The notes under the pieces: model-generated
The model's database searches: none
The model's input: the letters and a program-made list of their open reading frames with translations, nothing else
What the model was told of the DNA's origin: nothing
Assembly (NCBI RefSeq): GCF_006345805.1
Contig: NC_043004.1
Span: 95,852,001-95,916,000, forward strand
DNA length: 64,000 nt
Direction: 5' to 3'
From: Octopus sinensis
Lineage: Eukaryota
Made by a program: the position numbers and the translations under genes
Part shown: positions 12,643 to 26,140 of the stretch, one piece after another
How the letters are laid out: every line of letters begins with the position of its first letter
Numbering within the stretch: the first letter of the stretch is position 1

Positions 12643-12802
12643 CATATATATGATGGGCTTCTTTCGGTTTCTGTCTACCAAATCAACCCACAAGGCTTTG
12701 GTTAGTCCAAGGCTATAGTAGAAGTCACTTGCCCAAGGTGCCATGCAGTGGGACTGAACCCGGAACCATGTGGTTTATAAGCAAGCTACTTACCACACAG
12801 CC
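12319..12802 (-). mobile_element. SINE A, near full length, with expanded (TA)n
   Basis: Family motifs on the minus strand. Confidence 0.9.
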
Positions 12803-13036
12803 GTACTCAAACAAAAGAAGAGTCTACATATTTAAACAAACGAACCAATATATTCACCTAATTATTATTGAAGTCACTAATTTTTACTTTCCATTTAATA
12901 TTCTAATGACACTTTATTATAATTTAAATGTACGAAGTCAGATGAAACAGGTTCAAATTCTATGGCTATTTTAGGTAATCAAATAGCTGTATCTGAGAAC
13001 TATAAAATAATTACGTAAAATTACAACAGTGTGTGT

Positions 13037-13370
13037 CATCATCATCATCATCATCATCGTTTAACGTCCGTTCTCCATGCTAGCATGGGTTGGATGTTTC
13101 GACCGGGGATCTGGAAAGCCAGAAGGTTGCACCAGGCTCTAGTCTTATCTGGCAATGTTTCTACAGCTGGATGCCCTTCCTAACGCCAACCACTCCGTGA
13201 GTGTAGTGGCTGCTTTTTACATGCCACCTGCACAGGTACCAGGCGAGGCTGGCAATGGCCATGGTCGGATTGGTGCATTTTACGTGCCACCAGCACGGAA
13301 GCCAGCCAAGGCGGCACTAGCATCGGCCACGATTTGGATGGTGCTTTTTACGTGCCACCGGCACGGAAGC
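13037..13370 (-). mobile_element. SINE family C ((GAT)n tail, ggttggcgttaggaagggcatccag block, ~60-bp internal repeats)
   Basis: catcatcgtttaacgtccg...ggatgcccttcctaacgccaacc...gtgccaccggcac. Confidence 0.85.
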
Positions 13371-13532
13371 TGCTGCTGTATTTATGTGAGTGTGTGTTAA
13401 TGTGTGTGTGTATATTTATATATGTATGTGAGTGTTTGTGAGTGTGCCTGTGCTTGATTCAGTGTGTTTGAATGTATGTGTGCATGTGTTCATATGTCTA
13501 TGTTCCAGTATATTTCTGTGCTTATATATATA

Positions 13533-13763
13533 TATTTCTTTACTACCACAAGGGGCTAAACACAGAGAGGACAAACAAGGACAGACAAACGGATTAAGTC
13601 GATTATATCGACCCCAGTGCGTAACTGGTACTTATTTAATCGACCCCGAAAGGATGAAAGGCAAAGTTGACCTCTGCGGAATTTGAACTTAGAGCATAGC
13701 GGCAGACGAAATACCACTAAGCATTTCGCCCGGCATGCTAACGTTTCTGCCAGCTCGCCACCT
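13533..13763 (-). mobile_element. SINE B
   Basis: Full monomer on the minus strand. Confidence 0.9.
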
Positions 13764-13944
13764 TATATATATTATATATATAGATGTTGTTGGTGTGTGT
13801 GTGTGGCTGCGTGCTTGCATGTACCTGTGTATGTGCAGATATGGTTGTATATGTGTGTAAGTATGCAAATATAATATGTATATGATTGCATTTGTATGTG
13901 TTTACGTATATGTATGGGAGTTTATTTAAGTTGATGTACATGTG

Positions 13945-14262
13945 TATGTATGTGCCTGTGTATATGCCTATGTGTGTATGTGTGTGCACGTGTATGTGTG
14001 TGTACGTGTATGTGTGTGTATGTGTGTATGTGTATGTGTGCGTGTGTGTATGTGTGTGTATGTGTGTGTATGTGTGTGTGTATGTATGTGCGTATGTGTG
14101 TGTGTACATGTGCGTATGTGTGTGTATGTGTGTATGTGTATGTGTGCATGTGTGTATGTGTGTGTACGTGTGTGTGTGTATGTGTGTATGTGTGTATGTG
14201 TGTGTGTATGTGTATGTATGTGTATGTGTGTGTATGTGTGTATGTATGTGTGTGTGTGTGTC
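13945..14262. repeat. (TG)n/(TATG)n compound microsatellite
   Basis: Direct reading. Confidence 0.95.
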
Positions 14263-14630
14263 TGCACACACATGAGCTTATTTGAATTGAAATGTGTGTA
14301 TATTTATGCATGAGATAATCTAAATTGGCTTAATGTGTATGTGTATATGTGTATACGTGCAAGAACCTAAGCATGTGTATGTTTAAGTTAGAATGTATCT
14401 GTGTGTAGTGCACGTATTTGTATGAATGCGTTTGATTCATTGTGTTTCACTGTTGTATGTATGCTTGTGTTTAAATATGTTGGTGTAGGTGTGATTCTGA
14501 TTTTACACTACATAGTCAAACCCTTGCCAGCATGAAAAATGCATGTTAAATGATGATGATATATTCTGCTACATGGTACTTATCCTGACCTACATTAGTA
14601 TATACTGTACTGTTACCTACAGTAGTGTGG

Positions 14631-15043
14631 TAAAGGGCGGCGAGCTGGCAGACACATTAGCGTGCCGGGCAAAATATTTTGTCTGTTGTTACGTTCTGAG
14701 TTCAAATTCCACCGAGGTCGATTTTGCCTTTCATCCTTTCGGGGTCGATTAAATAAGTACCAGTTACGCACTGGGGTCGATGTAATCGACTTAATACCTA
14801 TGTCTGTCCTTGTTTGTCCCCTCTATGTTTAGCTCCTTGTGGGTAATAAAGAAATAGGTATTTCGTCTGCTGTTACGTTCTGAGTTCAAATTCTACCAAG
14901 GTCGACTTTGCCTTTCATCCTTTTGGGGTCGATTAAATAAGTATCAGTTACACACTGGGGTCGATGTAATCGGCTTAATACCTATGTCTGTCCTTGTTTG
15001 TCCCCTCTATGTTTAGCCCCTTGTGGGTAATAAAGAAATTGGT
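14631..15043 (+). mobile_element. SINE B head-to-tail dimer
   Basis: Junction taaagaaataggtatttcgtctg at ~14850. Confidence 0.9.
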
Positions 15044-15351
15044 ATACCTATAATGAACTGAAGGGCAATGGAACCATCACCTGAGATAGTGTTATCTAGC
15101 AGTAAAAGAATGATGATATTGAAGTGAATGGCTATAAGTAGATAGGAATAGTAGAAGCTGGAAATATCAAGGAGTCTGAATTTTTTTTTTGTCCCTTAGT
15201 AGATGTGAGTAGCCATACAGATCCTCAGCAATTACCTGCTCTGTCCAGCAGCTTCATAGTAATTCCCTTACACCTAACATGAAGCTGACTCCACCTGCCT
15301 ACCTCGGGGCTCATATTCCTGTAAACTGCATGGCAAGCTCAATAGTGTGAA

Positions 15352-15535
15352 TGGCATAAAAGCAGTATCCATTCCATAATGTAAAAGGGTTTGGCATTAG
15401 GAAGAGTATCCATCCATAAAACTATGTGAAAGCAGATACTGGAACTCAGTGCAGCCCTTGGCCACATCGGTTCCTGTCAAACCATCCAACCCATGCTAGC
15501 GTGGAACATGGATGTTTAGCGATGATAAAGACGAC

Positions 15536-15590
<55 letters not shown>

Positions 15591-15591
15591 C

Positions 15592-15634
<43 letters not shown>

Positions 15635-15660
15635 AATGATGATGATGATGATGATGATGC

Positions 15661-15721
<61 letters not shown>
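15352..15721 (+). mobile_element. SINE C 3' part whose tail runs into a ~190-bp (GAT)n array
   Basis: ccatccaacccatgctagcgtggaacatggatgtttagcgatgat... then (GAT)n at 15533-15721. Confidence 0.8.
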
Positions 15722-16264
15722 AGTTGTGGTATTGGTGGTGGCGGTGGCATTGGTCACAGTGATGGTGGTGGTAGCAGTGGTGGCAGTGGCAGTGGTGGTG
15801 GCAGTTGTGTTTGATAGAAAGGGATTATTTGGAAATGTAATTCAAAGAAATTTAAAATTGGTGTTTCAATCAGAATCCTGAGAAGGATTGCTGCAGGTTT
15901 TGTTTTTTTTTTTTGCTTTTTTTTTTGTTTTTGTTTGTTTTTGTTTTAGTATTCAATGACATTTTCTAGGAGATTTTAGACCATTGACTGGGAGGAATTC
16001 AGTTGTTTCTGCTGGGAGATTATGAACAACTTCCAGAAATATCTGGTCTAGCATTGCTACCTGAAGGCAATTACAGTTAGAGATAAACTCTACAAGCATG
16101 GACCAAAAAAACACACATATTAGCTATAAACCATGGGTAGTATCAGGACTGAGATAAGTGATCAGTGACATACAGATGGAATAAAGATGAACCTCAGGAA
16201 TTAGAAGGACATGGAGATTGATGACAATACATGAAGAACTCACAAAAAAAAAAAAATTACAGAC

Positions 16265-16788
<524 letters not shown>

Positions 16789-17374
16789 TATGTTTCATCT
16801 ATCCAGGAGAAATGGACGGAGGAAGATATTTGATAAGTTGTGAGAATATACAAAAACTGAAGAAAATTATTTGAGATGGTATGTTACTGATAGTTCACTG
16901 CCACCTGCAGTCACAACACTCCTGGGATATGCATTAGGTTCGGGATTTTATCCATAGTCTTAGGTGTCACCTGAGTCAGAATCTCCAACCCTATCTTGAC
17001 TCAATTTTCCATATGGAATCCTTTTATTTCTAGCAGTGTGTTAGTGTCTTCCAAAACCATATATTTCATCATCCACCAGAAAGCAGCATCTACATCTTCA
17101 TCCTCAATAAAAACTTCAAAATGTTCGTGAGTGCTTGGCAAAAGAGGATCACGTCACTACTCAATCTTTTCAACCTCATCCATCACATTCCCTCTTTTAT
17201 CATAGGCACAAGGATGAGAAAAGTTGCCAGTGCATTTTGACTATCGAAACTGGCAGAGTAATGTTGTTTTAAAATTTTGGCACAAGGCCAGTAATTTCAT
17301 GGGAGAGGGTCAGTTGATTACATTGAACCCAGAGCTCAATTGGTTCTTATTTTATTGACTCTAAAAGAATGAAT

Positions 17375-17787
17375 AGGCGCAGGAGTGGCTGTGTGGTAAG
17401 TAGCTTGCTAACCAACCACATGGTTCTGGGTTCAGTCCCACTGCATGGCATCTTGGGCAAGTGTCTTCTGCTATAGGCTTGGGCCAACCAAAGCCTTGTG
17501 AGTGGATTTGGTCGACGGAAACTGAAAGAAGCCTGTGGTATATATGTATATATATATGTATGTGTGTGTATGTGTTTGTGTGTCTGTTTTTGTCCCCCTA
17601 GCATTGCTTGACAACCGATGCTGGTGTGTTTATGTCCCCATCACTTAGTGGTTCAGCAAAATAGACCAATAGAATAAGTACTGGGCTTACAAAGAATAAG
17701 TCCCGGGGTCGATTTACTCGACTAAAGGCGGTGCTCCAGCATGGCTGCAGTCAAATGACTGAAACAAGTAAAAGAGAAAGAGAGAGT
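17375..17787 (+). mobile_element. SINE A inserted into a minus-strand SINE B (17270-17374 + 17788-17888)
   Basis: B sequence resumes collinearly on both sides. Confidence 0.8.
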
Positions 17788-17904
17788 AAAGTTGACATAG
17801 GAGAAATTTGAACTCAGAATGTAAAGATGTATGAAATGCCACTAAGCATTTTGCTTGGAGTGTTATCAGTTCTACCAGCTTGCATCCTTAATTGGTAGAG
17901 TAAT

Positions 17905-18118
17905 ATTCTTTTCTAGTCTAGGCACAAGGTCTGAAATTTGGGGAGGGGACTCGTTGATGAGATTGACCCTAGTACACAACTGGTACTTAATCAATTGACG
18001 CCAAAAGGATGAAAGGCAAAGTTAGCCTCGGCGGAATTTGAACTCAGAATGTAAAGACAGATGAAATACAGCTAAGAATTTTGCCTGGCATGTTAACATT
18101 TCTGCCAGCTTGCTGCCT
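17905..18118 (-). mobile_element. SINE B
   Basis: aaaggatgaaaggcaaag...gaatttgaactcagaa...ctgccagct. Confidence 0.85.
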
Positions 18119-18282
18119 TTGTTGAGTAATATTAATTAAAAATTGACTGATAGTTAAATCTACTTAACATACAAGCAGAACTTGATATTTCTCCACAGGT
18201 GAGCAATGTTTGAACACTCCACTCATGAGTGCAAGGCTATTTTTGTAACTTCATTCACATCTAGGACAAGTTTTACTGATAT

Positions 18283-18651
18283 AGGTGCAGGAGTGGCTGT
18301 GTGGTAAGTAGCTTGCTTACCAACCACATGGTTCCGGGTTCAGTCCCACTGCATGGAACCTTGGGCAAGTGTCTTCTACTAAATCCTCATGCTGACCAAA
18401 GCCTTGTGAGTGGATTTGGTAGACAGGAACTGAAAGAAGCTCGTTGTATGTATATATATGTATGTATGTGTTTCTGTGTTTGTCCCCCCAACATCGTTTG
18501 ACAACCGATGGTGGTGTGTTTGGCAAAAGAGACTGATAAAATAAGTACTAGGCTTCCAAAGAATAAGTCCTGGGGTCGATTTGCTCGACTAAAGGTGGTG
18601 CTCCAGCATGGCTGCAGTCAAATGACTGAAACAAATAAAAGAGTAAAAGAG
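18283..18651 (+). mobile_element. SINE A with internal deletion
   Basis: Family motifs; about 25 nt missing after ggtgtgttt. Confidence 0.9.
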
Positions 18652-18814
18652 ATGGCATTTTTATGCTTGTAGAGTACATTTGTACTTGGCATTGTCCCTT
18701 AGAAATACCATCAGATGAGGTATTTCTGGACATTCCCTGTGGCCTTCGTGAAGTGACTACTCTATTCCTCCTAGTCAATGTTAAGAATCTTCATGAGAAT
18801 GTCATCGAATAATA

Positions 18815-19020
18815 ATGGCTTCAAATTTTTCACACATCCAATAATTTTAGGCCAGAGGAGAAGTCAATTAAATTGACCCCTGTGTTCAACTGATATTTAT
18901 TTTACCGACCTCAAAAAGGATGAAAGGCGAAGCTGATCTCAGTGGAATTTGAACTCAGAATTTAAAGACAGATGAAATGCCAGTAAGCATTTTGTCTGGT
19001 ATGCTAATGAATCTGCCTGC
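18815..19020 (-). mobile_element. SINE B, diverged
   Basis: ggatgaaaggcgaag...gaatttgaactcagaa. Confidence 0.7.
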
Positions 19021-20829
19021 TCACAGTTTTAATGTCATTGATAACTGGAATTATCCTATGAACAAAATGCTAAGCTCATGGGGAAACCAAACGAATTTCT
19101 TCTCATTTATGTTGCAACTCCACTTGGAAAAAGTAACAAATGCCAAAACATCACATTTTCATGCATGTAAAACCAAAATATGCAGTGTGTATAAAATTTA
19201 AAAGAGACACAGTAAGGAAAAATAAAATTTAAAAAAAAAACAAGAAAAAAAGAAACAAAAACAACTTAATAATCATGAGGAAAGCTTTCCACTCATATCA
19301 TATTGTTACTGTATTTCAGATTCGTGAGACACTAAACTCCCTAATTAGAGGGGTCAGTCTCATTCCAGAAAGGTCAAATATTAGTGGAAGGGCAGAGGTC
19401 ATCAGATTTCTAACTGCGGAATCCTGAAATCAATCACGTTTCAGAATAGCAGAGAACATAATGTAATTATGTGTCGGTGGATGGTTCAGTGTATGAGTGT
19501 ATAAATTTCAACATGTCAGTTGTACATGTGTGATAGTGTATATATTTCCATGTATGGTTAATGTATTTGGATACGCTAAATGATGATGATGAAAATGATG
19601 ATGATGTTTGTATGTGTGTGTATATATATATGTGTGTTTAGTCGTATGCATATTGTGTGTTTGCATCTAAACATTGTGTTAATGCGTTTACATTATATGC
19701 ATATAATGTCTCTAAAATGTATGCACATATTTGAATATTTCCATTTCATGTTTCTTTTATATATGCAGGCATGTTTATGATGTTTATGTGTGTGTGTGTG
19801 TGTGTACATCACTTGTGTGTGTGGTGTGTATACATACAAATATGTGAGTGTGTGTAAATTTTTATAAATGTATCAAAGTGTACGTATTTGTTTATAAATG
19901 TGTGTAAATGTATTCATAGATCTTTAGATGCATGTCATGTTTTGTTATGCAAGGAAATTTAAATTTATATATGTGTACATGCACGTATATACATGTATGT
20001 GTGTGTGTGCATGTGTATGTATATATATATATTATATATATATATATATATACACATGCACGTACACACACACATACATGCATGTATATATATATATATA
20101 TATATTTATAATATATTACAAGCACACATTATATATATGCTTGTGTGCATGTGTTTGTGGGTGTGAAACTGTTTGTAATTTATTCTAAAATTTACACATA
20201 CACATGCACACGCAGAGACATATACACATATATAGTCTTGCCTGTACTATGCAAGCAAAGAAAAGCAAGCATTAAAATGACGATGATGAAATATATACGC
20301 ATGAATGAGTGTATGTGTATATTTACACATATGAATATATATATAGAGAGAGACATGCATATGTATAAATACATATATATGTACGTCTATCTATATGCAT
20401 GTCTATATAACAAGTATTGCTTATGGCCACTAAGCTCTGAGACCAGCTGACCACTGGTTGCAATCTGTATGGGAAAATTTTGGTGATGGGCACGCTTAAC
20501 CTTGCTTACAATATATAGAAAATACAGTGTCATATTATCGCTGGTTTTGCAAATAGGAAACTTGTCTGTTGGAAAATCTCTGGTTTGAGATAGAAGAAGT
20601 ATACAAACCAAAATTTGTTATTTATAGCCACTTTAATGTGTCTGTCCTATAAGGGATGACAATACTGCCATTTAACCCCAGGAAAACATCACCTCTATCT
20701 GGTTTATTCAGTGTGTTTCTCGCACTTGATATTTATTGCAAGTGGGAGATAACTCCTGCCACACTAGCACTGAGACCACCAGATATATATAGGCTTGTAT
20801 GTATGTATATGTGCTTGTATATACACTGG

Positions 20830-21284
20830 TGTTGATGAGTGATTAAGAAGTTTCCTTCTGAATCATACGGTCAGACATTTGATATTTCACTGTTTCATGG
20901 TGTGACACTGAGCACATGGTCCTGGGTTCAATCCCACTATGTAGAACTTTTGGCGAGTGTCTTCTATGATAGACTTGGGCCAACCAAAGCCATGTAAATG
21001 GATTTGGTAGACAGAAACTGAAAGAAGCCCGTTTATGCATGTGTGTATGTATGTGTGTCTATGTGTGTGTGTGTGTATGTGTGTATGTGTGTGTGTTGTG
21101 TTTTTTTTTGTGTCAGTGTTTTATATTCTCCTAACTTGGCAGTTCAGCAAAAGAGACTGATAAAATAAGTAACCACACTTGAAAAGAAATTAAGTGCTGG
21201 GGTTGATCCTTCAAGATTGTGCCCCAGCATGGCCACATTCTAATTCATGACTTAAAGCAAATAAAAGATAGGAGATAAAAGATA
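20830..21284 (+). mobile_element. SINE A, diverged
   Basis: ggatttggtagacagaaactgaaagaagccc; tail gtgccccagcatggccac. Confidence 0.75.
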
Positions 21285-21339
21285 AACGGTAAATCATTTG
21301 TTCAGCAAGAAATTGTAGAACCATCTTTCTTGGTCTGTG

Positions 21340-21666
21340 AAAGATGATTATAATGATGATCGGCGTCGTCATCGTCATCATCTTCATCATCATCAATATC
21401 ATCATCGTCATCAGCATCACCTTCACTACCATCATTATCATCATCATCATCCTCAACATCATCATCATCAATGTTATCATCATCAATATTATCACCATCA
21501 TCATCATCATCATCAATGTCATCATCATCATCATCATCAATGTTGTCATCATCATCATCATCATCATCATAATCACCATCACCATCATCATCATCATCAA
21601 TATCGTCATCGTCGTCATCGTCCCCTCTTCCTCATTATCATCAATATCGTCGTCGTCATCATCATC
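21340..21666. repeat. Degenerate (CAT)n array
   Basis: Direct reading. Confidence 0.95.
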
Positions 21667-21678
21667 AGTATACATGTG

Positions 21679-21712
21679 TCTGTGGAATACTCAGCTATGA
21701 GTATTCCACAGA
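21679..21712. other. Perfect 15-bp hairpin in a SINE D tail remnant
   Basis: tctgtggaatactca-gcta-tgagtattccacaga. Confidence 0.9.
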
Positions 21713-21845
21713 TGGTAGTTCAGTTGATGGAAGAACTGGAACAGTCATCATCGAAAATTATGAAGATCCATGACCATTTAAAATACATACACACACACAC
21801 ACATGCACACACATGCACACGGTGACACACACAACACATACACAC

Positions 21846-21877
<32 letters not shown>

Positions 21878-21995
21878 ATATACATCTTATAATTTGTTTC
21901 CCATTTCCCTAATTTTAAACAATCAACATTTGCATATGTGCATATTATATAGATGCACACATACGTACCTCTATATACATATACATATACATATG

Positions 21996-22081
<86 letters not shown>

Positions 22082-22201
22082 TGTATATATATGCATGTAT
22101 ATATATGCATATATATGTATGTATATATATGTTTGTGTGTGTGTATTATACACATGTTGTGTGTATACATATAAGTGTGTATTTCTGTGTGCATACATGT
22201 G

Positions 22202-22274
<73 letters not shown>

Positions 22275-22473
22275 GCATACATGTAAATGAATATGCAAAT
22301 TTTTACTCCAGTAACCGAATGAATATTCATTCTTTGTTATGAATACAAAGAGGAAAGACAATATCTGTAGTTAATCATGGAATCCATGAGTGGGTGATTG
22401 GATATAATCATTTTCCAATATGTATTGTGTTTAGATGAGATTTGGATTTAGGCATTTGGATAGGAATGCATAC

Positions 22474-22623
22474 TCTCTTTTTACGCTTTTACTTGTTTCA
22501 GTCATTTGACTGTGGTCATGCTGGAGCACCGTCTTTAGTTGAGCAAATTGACCCTAGGACTTATTCTTAGTGATGTTGGGGGGGGGGGTCAAACACAGAC
22601 GACACACAAACATATACACACAT

Positions 22624-22656
<33 letters not shown>

Positions 22657-22859
22657 TATATCTGTCCTGTACTCCATTTTTTGTTTTTTTTGTTGTTGTT
22701 TTTAAAAAAATGTCCTGTTCCTTTGGTTTGTGTCTATGTTTTCGTTTCTCTATGTGTTCGATGTCCCTTTGGTGTCCTGTACTCATATATCGTGTATATG
22801 TACATGGAGTAGGTACGTACATATATGTTTATATATATGCATATGTTTTAATTCTTTTA

Positions 22860-22903
<44 letters not shown>

Positions 22904-23110
22904 ACATATATATACATATATACCATGGGCTTCCTTCAGTTTTCGTCTACTAATGCTGGCATGGGTTGGACGGTTTGACTGAGGACTGGCAGGCCAGGAG
23001 GCTGCACCAGGCACAATCTGATCTGGCAAAGTTTCTACAGCTGGATGCCCTTCCTAATGCCAACCACTGAAAGAGTGTATTGGATGCTTTTACGTGACAC
23101 AGGTACGAGG
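22474..23110 (-). mobile_element. SINE A fragment (22474-22948) fused to a SINE C fragment (22950-23110)
   Basis: Abrupt switch ttttcgtcta|ctaatgctggcatgggttgg. Confidence 0.75.
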
Positions 23111-23384
23111 GCCAGTATAAAATACATAACCCACAAAAATGGCAAAACATTGATGTCCATCACTCCCAAATAGGATTACGGGTGGGTTATCTCACCTTTC
23201 CACAGCTCTAAGGTGCTTTTAACAATGGCGACATGGGAGTTATATATTCTGCTACATCCTGACATCCTGAAGGTGATACCTTCAGGACATGAACAGCCAT
23301 CACAAATACAATAAAAATTATCCCACTAATATGTAATTAATTCTGTCAATTCATCATCCAACATCGTTACATTATTTATTCTTT

Positions 23385-23778
23385 TCTTCTCTAAGGACAA
23401 GACCCGAAATTTTTGTGGAGTGGAGCCAATCGATTAGATTGACCTCAGTATACAACTGGTACTTAATTTATTGACCCCCAAAAAGATGAAAGGCAAAGTC
23501 GACCTCAGCGGAATTTGAACTCAGAATGTAAAGAGACGAAATACCTATTTCTTTACTACCCACAAGGGGCTAAACACAGAGAGGACAAACAAGGACAGAC
23601 AAACAGATTAAGTTGATTATAGCGATCCCAGTGCGTAACTGGTACTTATTTAATCGACCCTGAAAGGATGAAAGGCAAAGTTGACCTTGGCAGAATTTGA
23701 ACTCAGAGCATAACGGCAGACGAAATACCGCTAAGCATTTCGCCTGGCATGCTAACATTTCTGCCAGCTCACCACCTT
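23385..23778 (-). mobile_element. SINE B dimer
   Basis: Junction gacgaaatacctatttctttac at 23536-23556. Confidence 0.9.
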
Positions 23779-24295
23779 AGCTATATTATTTATTGAACCC
23801 AGAAAGCTGAAATAAAAACTCAGCCACAGTAGTGTTCGAACTCAGAGCTCAGAGAAATGGATCAAATAGTGCAAGGCATGCTATCCAGCAATTTGAAGGC
23901 TCAGCCAATTTGCTGCATTCTGTATGTACATTTGTATATATTCGGATGGTGTATTATTATTGTGGCTTTTTTTCAACAAATTTTATTCAACAAAAATAAT
24001 AACAACATGTAACAAAAAACATCTTTAAATGATTTTTCTGGAGTATATTCACCATCTACCTCAATTACTGCTTCCCATTTGCTTAGCAGATGGTCAGACC
24101 GTCATTTAAAGATATTGTTATTGTTTTTGTTGAATAAAATTTGTTGAAAAAAAACCGCAATAATTATGCACCAACCCAATATATATGTATGTTGGTAGGT
24201 TGGTATGTCTGCGAGTTTGAAAGTGTGTGTTTTTATTTGTACATGTATATATTTATGAGTGTAATCATATATATATATATATATACATATATATG

Positions 24296-24598
24296 TCACA
24301 ATGACCAACCAGGCTATCAGATGTTGCTACACATCGCTGGTTGCAATGCGCTTCGCATTGTTTTAGCCTTCAAAGGACGCCACCCTGCTGGCTAAGTGAG
24401 CAGGCCAACAGAAGAAAGAGTTAGAGAAAGCTGTAGCGAAAGAGTACAGCCGGGATTGCCACTACCCCCTGCCGGAGCCTTGTGGAGCTTTAGGTGTTTT
24501 CACTCAATAAACACTCACAGCACCCAGTCTGGGAATTGAAACCATGATCCTACGACTGCGAGTCCGTTGCCCTAATCACTGGGCCATTGTACCTCCAC
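24296..24598 (-). mobile_element. tRNA-headed SINE related to family D, with a different body and tail
   Basis: Minus strand gtggaggtacaatggcccagtgattaggg...ggtttcaattccc; tail gaaggctaaaacaatgcg...catctgatagcctgg shared with 32940-33170. Confidence 0.75.
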
Positions 24599-25709
24599 AT
24601 ATATATATGTATTTCCGCATATATATCTATATGTGTATATATATCTATATGCATATAAATATATATATATATTATATATTTTATATATAATATATATATA
24701 TATATGTATATGCATATATAATATATATAAACATATATATATGTATAATGTATATATTTCATTTTCGTTTGTAATGTTATTGATATTTGTATGAATGTAA
24801 AACAGCATTCGTTAAGTAGGCGGCAAGTTAACTACTTTTGTCATACACCATATGCTGTTGAGATCCATGCATTATACAGAAGTAGTTAAGTTCACATGCA
24901 TCATGAGAATAGGTGAACAGTCACTGAAACTGTGTCTGGAAAGGAAAGAGTGCGTATGTATTTAATCCCTGATGAAGCGGTTGCTATTATCTTGAGTAAA
25001 TGCAGCCACCAATGTTTATCTCTTCATCTTAACAATGTACCAACTTCCTTACATCATGCATACATGTCTACATATAGACATTACATGCTTCACATAGATG
25101 CATTCATATGCTGCCTTGTCTAAATTTGCTGGAGCCACGTTTTAAGTGTTGTCGTTGGTTGACTTTTCCTGTTTGTCCAAAATAGTTAATTATAAATGCA
25201 TAATGATACTTTAATGATGATATCAAATAAATGATCTAATGGCACAACTGTGAGAGTTCAATATTCTTAATTCAAAGAAAGAAAATTGCTTGACCAATGC
25301 AGGAAGTAGTGCTAATCTTTGCTGGCCTTTCAGTCTGATTATTATATAATTGCTGGGGATTTAAGTATGGCACTTGCAAACAGAGTAGTGGAGTTAAATG
25401 ATAAAGATTCCAAGAATTTAATCTCTTTTCATAGTGATGACCAATGTAAAACATGATTCTGGGTGAGTGAAGGATATAATATGAGTGGAAAGATTTGATT
25501 TAGAATGACTAAGTTTGGGAGTTATCTCTGGTGTTTGTTTATGTGTTTGCAATGGAAATTAGATTGTAAGTAGAGTTTTATTTGTAAAGTCAGCAGTACT
25601 TTAACAAAAGTAGCTACAGCTGGTCAGTTTGTTAGGTTACTGTCCAAAAACATGGATGGACCGTATTGTTTCCAAATCTTTGCCCAGCAAAAAGTTGCTT
25701 GCAAAAGAA

Positions 25710-25870
25710 GCGCAGGAGTGGCTGTGTGGTAAGTAGCTTGTTTACCAACCACATGGTTCCGGGTTCAGTCCCACTGCATGGCACCTTGGGCAAGTGTCTT
25801 CTACTATAGCCTCGGGCCGACCAAAGCCTTGTGAGTGGATTTGGTAGACGGAAACTGAAAGAAGCCCGTC

Positions 25871-25902
<32 letters not shown>

Positions 25903-26140
25903 GCGTGTTTGTGTTTGTGTGTCTGTGTTTGTCCCCTTAGCATTGCTTGACAACCGATGCTGGTGTGTTTATGTCCCCATTACTTAGCGGTTTGGCAAAA
26001 GGGACCAATAGAATAAGTACTGGGCTTACAAAAGAATAAGTCCCAGGGTCGAGTTGCTCGATTAAAGGCGGTGCTCCAGCATGGCCGCAGTCAAATGACT
26101 GAAACAATTAAAAAAGTAAAAGAGTAAAAGAGTAAAAGAG
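25710..26140 (+). mobile_element. SINE A, full length, young
   Basis: Close to the in-window consensus. Confidence 0.92.

Noticed and set aside
19320-19427. Acceptor plus 35-codon frame, and three RGGTCA half-sites
   Set aside because: No good donor before the stop, a similar chance frame on the other strand, and no canonical DR/IR spacing.
24967-25005. cctgatgaagcggttgct... as a hammerhead (similar partials at ~880-915, ~29480-29590, ~30120-30145)
   Set aside because: CUGANGA and GAAA are not both present with intact stems; at most decayed relics.
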